Source: an uncultured Clostridia bacterium (lineage in GTDB: Bacteria > Bacillota > Clostridia > Christensenellales > CAG-138). From it: 64,000 bases of DNA. The notes beneath the pieces were generated by a model. That model saw only the letters and a list, made by a program, of their open reading frames with translations, made no database searches and was not told the DNA's origin. Both the position numbers and the translations under genes were made by a program. Of this stretch, positions 9,040-17,440 are shown piece by piece. The stretch covers positions 5,867 to 69,866 of the forward strand of contig CAMVMM010000004.1 in the NCBI GenBank assembly GCA_947168565.1, in the 5' to 3' direction. The first letter of the stretch is position 1, and the number at the start of each line of letters is the position of its first letter.

Positions 9040-11628
9040 ATGGAGAACAACAGACCAAGAGGACGCAACAGAACCGTTTCGGGTCAGGCAAGCGGCGACA
9101 GCATGAAGAAGCGCGGCTCCGGCCTCGGCACGGGTCCCGTTGGCAGGAAAGAGGGCTACAGCGGCAGGCCCACCGGCAGCGGCTCCGCTGCGGGCGGCAA
9201 TCAGACCACGGGAGGCTTCGGCAGACCCACCGGCAGCGGCAGACCCGTCGGCGGCAACGGCGGCCAGCAGTTCCACAGCACCGGAAGCACGGGCCACGGT
9301 GCAAGCGGCGTTACCCGCGCTGGCGGCATCGGCATAGGCGGCATAATCCTTGCCGTTATCGCATTTTTCCTCATCAGCAGGTGCAGCGGCGGCGGACTCT
9401 TCGGCGGCGGCGGCACTACCGATATAAGCGGCGGCGGTCAGCAGCAGGGTCAGCAGCAGGGTCAGCAGGGCGGCAATCAGGGCGGCTCAAGCGGCCTTTT
9501 CTCCGGCGTTCTCGGCAGCCTGATGGGCGATTCCTTCTCAAGCGGCGGCACCGTTTCCACCGGCTGGGTGCAGAGCGCGAACACCGGCAAGCTCAACACC
9601 TCCGTGGCTGAGGGCTCAAGGGCAAAGCGCACCCAGATCCTCGGCGGCGGCAGGGACGTTATCACCATGATGGTTTATATGTGCGGCACCGACCTTGAAT
9701 CCAAGCACGGCATGGGCACGAACGACCTTCAGGAGATGCTGAACGCCCGATTTGGCGACAATATAAACCTCATCGTGTTCACGGGCGGCTGCAAGCAGTG
9801 GAAAAACAACGTGGTAAGCTCAAGCGCCAACCAGATCTACAAGGTTGAAAACGGCGGCCTCAAGTGCCTTGTGCAGAACGCGGGCACCGAATCGCTCACC
9901 AAGCCCAACGTGCTCACCAGCTTCATCAATTTCTGCAAGCAGAACTATCCCGCGAACCGCTATCAGCTCATCCTTTGGGATCACGGCTGCGGCACCGTCA
10001 GCGGCTACGGCTACGACGAAAAGAACGCGAGCAGCGGCTCCATGTCCCTCAAGGGCATAAGCGACGCTATCAAAAATTCGCAGACGACCTTCGATTTCAT
10101 CGGCTTTGACGCCTGCCTTATGGCAACGCTTGAAACGGGCCTCATGCTCGAGCCCTATGCCGATTACATGATCGCCTCCGAGGAAACCGAGCCCGGCGTC
10201 GGCTGGTATTACACCAACTGGCTCACCGCCCTTGGCAACAACACCTCCATGCCCACGGTGGAGCTTGGCAAGATGATCGTGGATGAATTTGTGGACGAAT
10301 GCAACCGCAAGTGCCCCGGCCAAAAGACCACGCTCTCCGTTGTGGACCTTGCGGAGCTTGCGCACACCGTGGCTCCCAAGTTCTCTGATTTCGCCGTTGC
10401 CACCGCGAATCAGGTTCAGAGCGACTATCAAAAGGTTTCGGATGCAAGAAGCGGCGCGCGCGAGTTTGCCGCTTCCAGCAAGATAGACCAGATCGACCTT
10501 GTGCATCTTGCCTACAACCTTGACACCGCCGAGAGCAAGGCGCTTGCAAGCTCCATCCTCGGCGCCGTTAAGTACAACAAAACATCATCCAATATGTCAA
10601 ACAGCTACGGCCTTTCCATCTTCTTCCCCTATAAAAGGTCATCCAAGGTGGACAGCGCTGTGGCAACCTATAACGCCATCGGTATAGACAGCGAATACTC
10701 CCGCTGCATCCAGCAGTTTGCAAGCATGGGCGTTGCGGGCCAGGCGATGGGTCAAACCGCCTCCGCGGGCGGCGTTTCCTCGCCCCTCTCCTCGCTGCTT
10801 GGCGGCACCAGCGCGGGCAGCGGCGCAGCCCAGTCCGTGGGCGGCATCAGCGATCTGCTCGGCGGTCTGCTTGGCGGCGGCGGTGGCGGCGGCGATCTGC
10901 TTTCCTCCCTCACCGGCGGCAGCTCCGATTTCTTCGGCAGGAGCATCGGCGATAAGGAGGAGACCGCGCAGTACCTCTATCAGCACTATTTCGATCCGAA
11001 CAACCTCGTTTGGAAGAATGAAAACGGCAGCAGCGTGATGCAGCTTTCCGAGGCTCAGTGGAACCTGGTGCATAATCTGCAGCTCAACGTGTTCTACGAC
11101 GACGGCGAGGGCTATATCGACCTCGGCTTGGACAATATCTATGATTTCACCAAGGATGGCAAGCTGATCGGCGAATACGACGGCACATGGCTCGCTATCG
11201 ACAATCAGCCCGTGGCGTGCTACGTTATGGACGAGAGCTACGAGGGCAGCAGCTATATCATCACCGCAAGGGTACCCTGCCTGCTCAACGGCGACCGCGC
11301 GGAGCTCATCATCGTGTTTGACAATGCGCATGAGAACGGCTATATCGCGGGCGCGCGCAATATCTACGTGAACGGCGAAACCGAGACCATAGCAAAGGGC
11401 ATCACCGAGCTTCAGTCCGGCGACAAGATCGAGGTAATCTGCGATTATTACGACTACAACGGCAATTATCAGGATACCTACGTCTTCGGCAATCCCATCA
11501 CCTATACCGGCAGCAACACCCTCAGCAACGTGAAGCTGCCCGATTGGCAGAAAGCCGCGAGCGCGACCTATCTGTTCACCGATATCTACAACCAGGAATA
11601 TTGGTCCCCCGTTATGATCAATAAATAA
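9040..11628 (+). CDS. Clostripain-related cysteine peptidase (family C11), membrane anchored
   Basis: AAGGAGG RBS. Gly-rich N-terminal region, then a TM helix (GGIILAVIAFFLI). C11 catalytic dyad context LILWDHGCG and FIGFDACLMA. Confidence 0.8.
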   Translation: MENNRPRGRNRTVSGQASGDSMKKRGSGLGTGPVGRKEGYSGRPTGSGSAAGGNQTTGGFGRPTGSGRPVGGNGGQQFHSTGSTGHGASGVTRAGGIGIGGIILAVIAFFLISRCSGGGLFGGGGTTDISGGGQQQGQQQGQQGGNQGGSSGLFSGVLGSLMGDSFSSGGTVSTGWVQSANTGKLNTSVAEGSRAKRTQILGGGRDVITMMVYMCGTDLESKHGMGTNDLQEMLNARFGDNINLIVFTGGCKQWKNNVVSSSANQIYKVENGGLKCLVQNAGTESLTKPNVLTSFINFCKQNYPANRYQLILWDHGCGTVSGYGYDEKNASSGSMSLKGISDAIKNSQTTFDFIGFDACLMATLETGLMLEPYADYMIASEETEPGVGWYYTNWLTALGNNTSMPTVELGKMIVDEFVDECNRKCPGQKTTLSVVDLAELAHTVAPKFSDFAVATANQVQSDYQKVSDARSGAREFAASSKIDQIDLVHLAYNLDTAESKALASSILGAVKYNKTSSNMSNSYGLSIFFPYKRSSKVDSAVATYNAIGIDSEYSRCIQQFASMGVAGQAMGQTASAGGVSSPLSSLLGGTSAGSGAAQSVGGISDLLGGLLGGGGGGGDLLSSLTGGSSDFFGRSIGDKEETAQYLYQHYFDPNNLVWKNENGSSVMQLSEAQWNLVHNLQLNVFYDDGEGYIDLGLDNIYDFTKDGKLIGEYDGTWLAIDNQPVACYVMDESYEGSSYIITARVPCLLNGDRAELIIVFDNAHENGYIAGARNIYVNGETETIAKGITELQSGDKIEVICDYYDYNGNYQDTYVFGNPITYTGSNTLSNVKLPDWQKAASATYLFTDIYNQEYWSPVMINK

Positions 11629-11646
11629 TTCCGCAGCACGAACGAA

Positions 11647-11675
11647 GGCGGCGCGAGGATGATCCCCGCGCCGCC
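11647..11675. terminator. Hairpin between convergent genes (likely bidirectional terminator)
   Basis: GGCGGCGCG ... CGCGCCGCC 9-bp stem followed by a T-rich stretch on the plus strand. Confidence 0.55.
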
Positions 11676-11746
11676 TGTTTATATTTATCGGCTTCATGCT
11701 TTTTCGTTAAGGCCCGATGATAACAGCAGCTTTTCTCTGTGGCGCA

Positions 11747-12895
11747 TCATTCAAAATGCGCTCCGATAACGAGCCGCAGCCCCACCTCAAGCCCCGCCTT
11801 GAGGGACTCTATATCAAGCCATTCCTCCCTTGTGTGCGCGCCGCCGCCGCGCATCAGCCCGAAGGTCACGGCGGGAATGCCGAGCGAAAGCGGGATGTTT
11901 GCGTCCGTGGAGCCTATGCCGAGCTTCGGCAGCTCTCCGGTCACGGCCTCTATCTCGCGCGCGCAGCGCTCCACAAGCGCTTCAAACGCCGCTTCATCCA
12001 CCTTGCCGCCGCAGGGGCGCTCTCCAAGAAGCTCCGCCTCAAACGCGGCCTTTTCGCAATTCGCCTCGGAAAGAAGCGCCTTGAACTGCTCGCGCATAAA
12101 GCGCAGCGAATCGGCGTTTTCGGAGCGGTATTCATACAGCATTTCGCAGCTCTGCGCGATAGTGTTTACCGATGTGCCGCCGCTGACAGTGCCAACGTTA
12201 TAGGTGGTTCGCCCCTCAAACGGCGGAAGCGGCTGCTCATAGAGCCTTGAAATAAGCCTTGCGCTGTGGTGGATCGCACTCGCGTTTCCAAAGCCGCCGA
12301 AGGAATGCCCGCCCTCGGTGCGCACGGAGATTCGCCAGCGCTCCGAGCCAACCGCCTTAACGCAGATCGCGTCAAGCTCGCAGTCGAAGGAAACCACCTG
12401 CCTGATCCTGCCCGCGTGATCCTTCATTAGCTGCCGAATGCCCTTCAGATTGCCAAGCCCCTCCTCGCAGGAGTTCAGCGCAAACATCACGGGGCTTGCA
12501 CTCTTCATGCCATGCTCGCGGATATAGCGCAGCATGGTGAGTATCGCCGCCACGTTCGCCGTGTCGTCCCCCACGCCGGGGGCAAGCATCCTGCCGCCCT
12601 CGATGCGCACGGGAAGGGGCTCCGGATCGGGAAATACCACGTCCGTATGAGCGGTGTAGCAGCTTATTTCCCCGTCCGAATCTGTGAAGAACGGCACTAT
12701 CACGTTCTTTGCTTCGTCCGTGCGGCACGGGAGACCGTGCGAAGCGAGCCAATCCGTGATGAACTTCACCCGCCTGTCCTCCTCGCCGGAGGGCGCGGGT
12801 ATCGCGGCAAGGGCCTTGAGCAGCTCGATATGCTCGTTAAAATGCGCTTCTATCCAGCTTTTAATTTCCTCGATCGTGTTTTGATTTACTCTCAT
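11747..12895 (-). CDS. M20/M25/M40 family metallo-hydrolase (PepT/ArgE/DapE-like)
   Basis: Start moved to MRVNQNTIEE (AAGGAG RBS). HTDVVFP and GVGDDTANV metal-ligand motifs. The upstream part of the 484-aa ORF is non-coding-like. Confidence 0.8.
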   Translation of the reverse strand: MRVNQNTIEEIKSWIEAHFNEHIELLKALAAIPAPSGEEDRRVKFITDWLASHGLPCRTDEAKNVIVPFFTDSDGEISCYTAHTDVVFPDPEPLPVRIEGGRMLAPGVGDDTANVAAILTMLRYIREHGMKSASPVMFALNSCEEGLGNLKGIRQLMKDHAGRIRQVVSFDCELDAICVKAVGSERWRISVRTEGGHSFGGFGNASAIHHSARLISRLYEQPLPPFEGRTTYNVGTVSGGTSVNTIAQSCEMLYEYRSENADSLRFMREQFKALLSEANCEKAAFEAELLGERPCGGKVDEAAFEALVERCAREIEAVTGELPKLGIGSTDANIPLSLGIPAVTFGLMRGGGAHTREEWLDIESLKAGLEVGLRLVIGAHFE

Positions 12896-13000
12896 TTGCG
12901 TTTGCTCCTTTTCATGGTTCGGCTCTATTATACCATTTTGCGAAGCGAATTGATACAAATAATGCGCAGAATCCGCATTCGACAGAAGAAAAAACGGGGT

Positions 13001-13032
13001 AAAAAAGCGGCGTACCGAAAACCGATACGCCG
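13001..13032 (-). terminator. Intrinsic terminator downstream of the flavodoxin gene
   Basis: On the minus strand: CGGCGTATCGG-TTTT-CGGTACGCCG followed by CTTTTTT. Confidence 0.6.
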
Positions 13033-13100
13033 TGTATATTTGCATTGGGTGAAATCCTTGATGCGCACAGCAAGCCGCAGCAGCGCTTATGCCCGCCGCC

Positions 13101-13823
13101 TCAGCCAAGAGCGCCGATCCATGCGCGAAGTTCATCCTCCGATACTCCGCCGCCGAACCTTCTGCCCTCAAGCCATGTTCCGCTCCCCGCGAGCCCTGCA
13201 AGGTTCTGCCCGCTCCTGCCGATGCCGCTGGAGCCGGAGGTGCAGAACGGGATCATGGTGATCGAGCCAAAATCATAGGTTTCCACAAATGTGTCCATTA
13301 TGCGCGGCTCCTCGCCCCACCAGATGGGGTAGCCGATATATATGCGCTCGTAGCCCTCAAGCGAAATGCTTTCGCTGCCGATTGCGGGGCGGGCGCTCTT
13401 ATCGTTCTGCTCGATGGTGGCTCTGCTGCCGCTGTCGTGCCAGTTCAGATCGGCGCTCGTGTACTCCTGCGCCGCCTTTATCTCGTAAAGATCGGCATTT
13501 TCAATGGAGGCGATCCTCTGCGCCACGGCGCTTGTGGTGCCGGTTGCGGAGAATACAACCACCAGCACGCGCTTGCGCTCCGGCGGTTCCGTGCGCGGAG
13601 CCGTCGGCACCGCAGTCTGTGCGCTTTCTTCCGGCGCTTCGGTCGGCGCGTCGGTTACCTGAGCATCGGGGGAGGGCGCTTCGGTCGGCTTTGAAGCTGC
13701 GGTGGGAGCGAATGAATGAAAAGGCGGTGGGCAAGGGCGGTGGGGAACGGCAGGAACGGCGGGGAAACGGCATAAACGGGATTGAAACGGTATGGATCGG
13801 CGAAAAGCAGCAAAAAACCCCAA
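13101..13823 (-). CDS. Flavodoxin-like protein (Flavodoxin_4 type); true start uncertain
   Basis: The core LVVVFSATGTT ... YPIWWGEEP is flavodoxin-like. The ATG at 13823 lies inside the upstream terminator hairpin. The GTG at 13568 (GGAG 9 nt upstream) would give a typical 155-aa protein. Confidence 0.65.
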   Translation of the reverse strand: MGFFAAFRRSIPFQSRLCRFPAVPAVPHRPCPPPFHSFAPTAASKPTEAPSPDAQVTDAPTEAPEESAQTAVPTAPRTEPPERKRVLVVVFSATGTTSAVAQRIASIENADLYEIKAAQEYTSADLNWHDSGSRATIEQNDKSARPAIGSESISLEGYERIYIGYPIWWGEEPRIMDTFVETYDFGSITMIPFCTSGSSGIGRSGQNLAGLAGSGTWLEGRRFGGGVSEDELRAWIGALG

Positions 13824-13838
13824 GATCGCTCTCGGGGT
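13811..13838 (-). terminator. Intrinsic terminator ending the pilus operon
   Basis: On the minus strand: CCCCGAGA-GCGA-TCTTGGGG followed by TTTTTTG, downstream of the stop at 13901. Confidence 0.6.
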
Positions 13839-13900
13839 GGAAATTCCGGTTTATTCAATTATTCCGGCGTTTTTTACGCCAAGTATCTTGCTAATAATTC

Positions 13901-14761
13901 TTAGGAATCAATGCCGCGCTGCGCGCTCCGCTTTTTGGCAATAATCAGTATCGCTGCCGCCAATGCAAGAGCGGTTATACCGAAAGCGGCGGTCGAAGCC
14001 ATGCCCGTGGGGGGTGAGGGCGGCGAAGTCGGCTGCGGCGTGGGAGCGCCGGTGGGCTCGGGCGTGGGCGTGGGCGTTTCGCCGGGCGTGGGCGTGGGTG
14101 TGGGCGTTTCGCCGGGTTCGGGCGTGGGCGTTTCGCCCGGCTCGGGAGTGGGCGTTTCACCGGGCGCGGGTGTGGGCGTTTCGCCCGGCTCGGGAGTGGG
14201 CGTTTCACCGGGCGCGGGAGTGGGAGTGGGGGGCGGAACAAGGCCCGATTTGGGCGCCGCCAATACCGCATAGACCCAGCTTGCGGTCTCCCCGTCCCAG
14301 CTCGGGAGCAGCACGAGGAAGGGCAGGCTGGTGTAGGTGTTGCCGCTCTGCTCCACATCGTGCCCAACCACAAGATAGAGCCCGTGCGCAAGCGGAGCGC
14401 TGCCGGAGGCGGGGAAGCGGACGCGGCCGTTTGCATTCGTAACGCCGGATTCGGTCGGCTCCGCACCGATGCGCCCCACGTGATCCGCCATCTGCTGCGC
14501 AAGCGCGTCCCAGCCGTAGTGATCCTCAAAGCCCTCTATCGTGAAATAGCCGGCGAAGGGCTCCGCGACCTCGTAGCCGTATAGGGAGCTGTATCGCGCC
14601 GCATAGTATATATCAAACCTTGCGCCGGAAAGCGCAGTGCCGCCGTTCACAAATTCGATGGTCAGCGAAACGGGCTGCTCCGCCCTGATTCGCGCAAATG
14701 CGGGGAGCGCCGCGCACACAAAGGCAAGCAGCAGAATAAACGCGCGCTTGATGAAATTCAT
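13901..14761 (-). CDS. Small pilin-like surface protein with a PT-rich stalk and SPPTG sorting signal (candidate basal pilin)
   Basis: Signal peptide, a SpaA/prealbumin-like fold region (FLVLLP), PGETPTPx repeats, and C-terminal SPPTG plus a hydrophobic helix plus a KKRSAQR tail. Confidence 0.7.
   Translation of the reverse strand: MNFIKRAFILLLAFVCAALPAFARIRAEQPVSLTIEFVNGGTALSGARFDIYYAARYSSLYGYEVAEPFAGYFTIEGFEDHYGWDALAQQMADHVGRIGAEPTESGVTNANGRVRFPASGSAPLAHGLYLVVGHDVEQSGNTYTSLPFLVLLPSWDGETASWVYAVLAAPKSGLVPPPTPTPAPGETPTPEPGETPTPAPGETPTPEPGETPTPEPGETPTPTPTPGETPTPTPEPTGAPTPQPTSPPSPPTGMASTAAFGITALALAAAILIIAKKRSAQRGIDS
14072..14221. repeat. 24-bp tandem repeat (about 6 units) encoding PGETPTP(E/A)
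   Basis: Units of GGGCGTTTCRCCSGG... in perfect 24-bp register at 14102, 14126, 14150, 14174 and 14198, plus a longer first unit. Confidence 0.85.
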
Positions 14762-14858
14762 ATCGGCTCCCCTTTCTGTTTTTTGGTTATACTATCGGTT
14801 TTCAGATCAAAGCTTATTCTTTAAAGCTCTGTTTTTTGAAGCTCTGCTCTTTGAAGCC

Positions 14859-15761
14859 TTATTCTTCGGAAGAACTCCGCGCTTCTTTGGCTTCGGCGTT
14901 TATTTCGCCTTGCTTCGAGGCTTTTTTTGCCCTTTTTCTTGCGGCAAGCCTCAGGATCAGAATAATAATTATCAGCAGCAGTATCCCGGCAACTATCGCA
15001 AGCACGATGTAAAACGGCTCCGTGACGCTGCTCTGCGCCTGCTCCGCTTTCGCCTTGACCTCCTCGGCGATGGCTTCGGTGGTTTCGATGCGATGGCCGC
15101 GAACGAGCAGCCTGTGGGAGTTCACCCCGTACGGCGTGCAGGTCACAAGGGTGCAGTAATCCATGCCCGGCACTATGCCAAGCGCGTCCGCCTCATGCGG
15201 CAGCACCACGAGCACCTGATCCACCTCGTAGGTGAGCACCACTCCGATCGTGCTGAGCGTGAATACGTCGCCCTCATGCACCGCGTCCAGATAGGTGAAT
15301 AATTTGGCGCTCGGCAGGCCCGTATGCCCTGAAATAACGCAGTGCGTGTTTTCACCGCCGACGGGGAGCGAGCTTGTGTCCACGTGCCCGGCGTTTGACT
15401 GAAGGGTGCCCTCGTCGGTGCCGTGGCAGAGCGGCAGATGGCAGTTTATACTCGGTATGTCGATATATGCCATCATGCCGGTGTCGGTCACGTTCAAAAC
15501 CTTATCGTACTCAAGCTTTTCCTCCGGCGGAGTTTCGATGCCTCGGCTGAGGTCAAAAAGCTGCTTGTTGTAAAGCACGGCCTCATCCCACATACGCTTG
15601 AAGGTTTCGTCGTCAAAGGCACTTATCCTGTCCGCATAGTCCACGATTGCGCCCGATTGGTGAACGCGATTATAGTAATCGCTCAAGGTGGGGTAAAGTA
15701 TGAACGAAAGCCCCGCAAGCAGGATCACGACTGCCAGAACGGCAAGCACATACTTTTTCAT
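14859..15761 (-). CDS. srtC: Class C (pilin-polymerising) sortase
   Basis: N-terminal TM, catalytic TLVTCTP motif, HRLLVRG arginine motif, and a C-terminal TM helix typical of class C. Confidence 0.85.
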   Translation of the reverse strand: MKKYVLAVLAVVILLAGLSFILYPTLSDYYNRVHQSGAIVDYADRISAFDDETFKRMWDEAVLYNKQLFDLSRGIETPPEEKLEYDKVLNVTDTGMMAYIDIPSINCHLPLCHGTDEGTLQSNAGHVDTSSLPVGGENTHCVISGHTGLPSAKLFTYLDAVHEGDVFTLSTIGVVLTYEVDQVLVVLPHEADALGIVPGMDYCTLVTCTPYGVNSHRLLVRGHRIETTEAIAEEVKAKAEQAQSSVTEPFYIVLAIVAGILLLIIIILILRLAARKRAKKASKQGEINAEAKEARSSSEE

Positions 15762-15886
15762 AGGAAAGCCTCTCGGTTTAGCGGTGGGGAGCGCAGGAGG
15801 GCCCCGCCCTCCCGCGCTTTATGCCGCCGGCGCGGCCCGATCAAAGGGCCGCAGGCCGGCGGGCGGTTACGGATCTAAAATCAGCT

Positions 15887-17386
15887 TCAGGACTTTTTGC
15901 GCTCACGGGAGAGCATGAGCACGAACACTACGGCCGCCGCAACGAGGACGCCGCCGACGATGTAGAAGATGTAGGTGCCGATGCCGCCGGTGGAGGGAAG
16001 CACGGAGCCGGGGGTGTTGGAAACGCGCACGAACTCGGAGAGCGCAAGGAAGATCTCGGACTCGTTAAGACCGATCGCGGTGGAATCGGAGCCGTCCACA
16101 ACCACCTCGATGGGGTCGGTGAGCACGGTGTAGCCCGAGGGAGCCGCGGTTTCAACGAGGTAGTAGGTGCCGTCCGCAAGGCCGCCGAACTGAGCGCCGC
16201 CCTCCGCGTCCGTGGTCACCTCGGTAGCCTCGGCCTGAGTGTCCTTCCAGGTCACAACGTGGGTGGTTTCGTCAACGTGATAGAACTTGCCTTCCGCGTT
16301 CTTCAGCACGAACTTCGCACCGGGAAGCTTGGACTCGGGGGAGCCGGTTTCAAACTTGTCGATGATGATGGTGGAGGTGTAGTGCTTGGTCATGCTGTCC
16401 TTATGGTGCTGAGAGTTCTCGTCACCGTAGTCAAGGCCCGCGTTGTTCTCGCTGATGACGCCGATCGCGTTTTCATTCACGGTGGCGGTATAGGTGATCA
16501 CAACGTCGTCGCCCGCATGGTCGGCCTGAAGCGCAAGCATATCGATGGAAAGATCGAAGCCGCAGAGACGGTCGTCGGCGGCGTCGTCGGGAGTGGCGGG
16601 ATCGTTCTCGTCAACGTAGTTGTAGCGGATCTGGTTGCCGGTGAGCTCCGCCTCGGGATCGTATACGCGATCGAGGGTGAGGGTGGTATCGCCGATCTTT
16701 ACCACAACGGAATCGGCGGTAAGATCAAGGCCGCTGGTGAGATAATCGCTCACAAGGTAGAAATAGGATTCCTGCTCGGCGGGGAGGGTGGGAACCTTGC
16801 CGGTGATCCTGAAGTTGAGCGTGTCGCCAACGTTTACGCCGGATTCGTTGCCCCAAACGCCGGTTTCGATCTCGACCTGTTTATCAAAGGGCATATCGTT
16901 CTTATCCTGAATGGCGATCTCATCGTTAAGCACGGTGCAGAGGGAAGCAAGGTCGCCCGCACCGGGCACAACGAGATAATAGCCGGGAGCAACGGCGCCG
17001 GTGGTCAGCTTGCCGGAGGCTTCCGCAAAGGGGATCGCGGTGGCGCCGACGGGGATATTCTCCTTTGCCCACGCAGCGAAATCGGCAGCCTTGAAGTAAG
17101 GCAGCTTGGTCACGGTGCCGTCCGCGGCGATCTGAAGACCGGAGAGCTCGCCCGCTTCAAGCGCCGCTATGATGGCGGCCTTCCAGGGGTCGGCAGCGGT
17201 GTAGGTGAGAGTGCCGTTATCGTCGGTAACGGAGAAGATCTGATAGGCGCTGTAGGTTACGCCGTCGGCGGGCTCCATGATGGTGATGGAGCCGGTGGGC
17301 TGGGGAGTCGCAAAGGCGGGTACCGCCATGGCGATCAGGAGCAGTGCCGCTGCAAAGGCAGCGAAGATTCTTGTGGACTTCTTCAT
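15887..17386 (-). CDS. Backbone (major) pilin, isopeptide-forming fimbrial subunit with LPSTG
   Basis: AGGAGG RBS, signal peptide, E-box YYLVETAAPSGY, CnaB-like GAKFVLKN, and C-terminal LPSTGG plus TM plus RERKKS. Confidence 0.8.
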   Translation of the reverse strand: MKKSTRIFAAFAAALLLIAMAVPAFATPQPTGSITIMEPADGVTYSAYQIFSVTDDNGTLTYTAADPWKAAIIAALEAGELSGLQIAADGTVTKLPYFKAADFAAWAKENIPVGATAIPFAEASGKLTTGAVAPGYYLVVPGAGDLASLCTVLNDEIAIQDKNDMPFDKQVEIETGVWGNESGVNVGDTLNFRITGKVPTLPAEQESYFYLVSDYLTSGLDLTADSVVVKIGDTTLTLDRVYDPEAELTGNQIRYNYVDENDPATPDDAADDRLCGFDLSIDMLALQADHAGDDVVITYTATVNENAIGVISENNAGLDYGDENSQHHKDSMTKHYTSTIIIDKFETGSPESKLPGAKFVLKNAEGKFYHVDETTHVVTWKDTQAEATEVTTDAEGGAQFGGLADGTYYLVETAAPSGYTVLTDPIEVVVDGSDSTAIGLNESEIFLALSEFVRVSNTPGSVLPSTGGIGTYIFYIVGGVLVAAAVVFVLMLSRERKKS

Positions 17387-17440
17387 TACAGTTTCCTCCT
17401 AATGATGAATTATTTGTCCGTTGGTCGGGGGCAGACCGTG

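Noticed and set aside
8958-9611. 217-aa extremely Arg-rich ORF overlapping the start of the clostripain-like gene in another frame.
   Set aside because: It is a frame-shifted reading of the Gly-rich (GGC/GGN) region. The 9040 frame has a strong AAGGAGG RBS and continues into a recognisable C11 peptidase.
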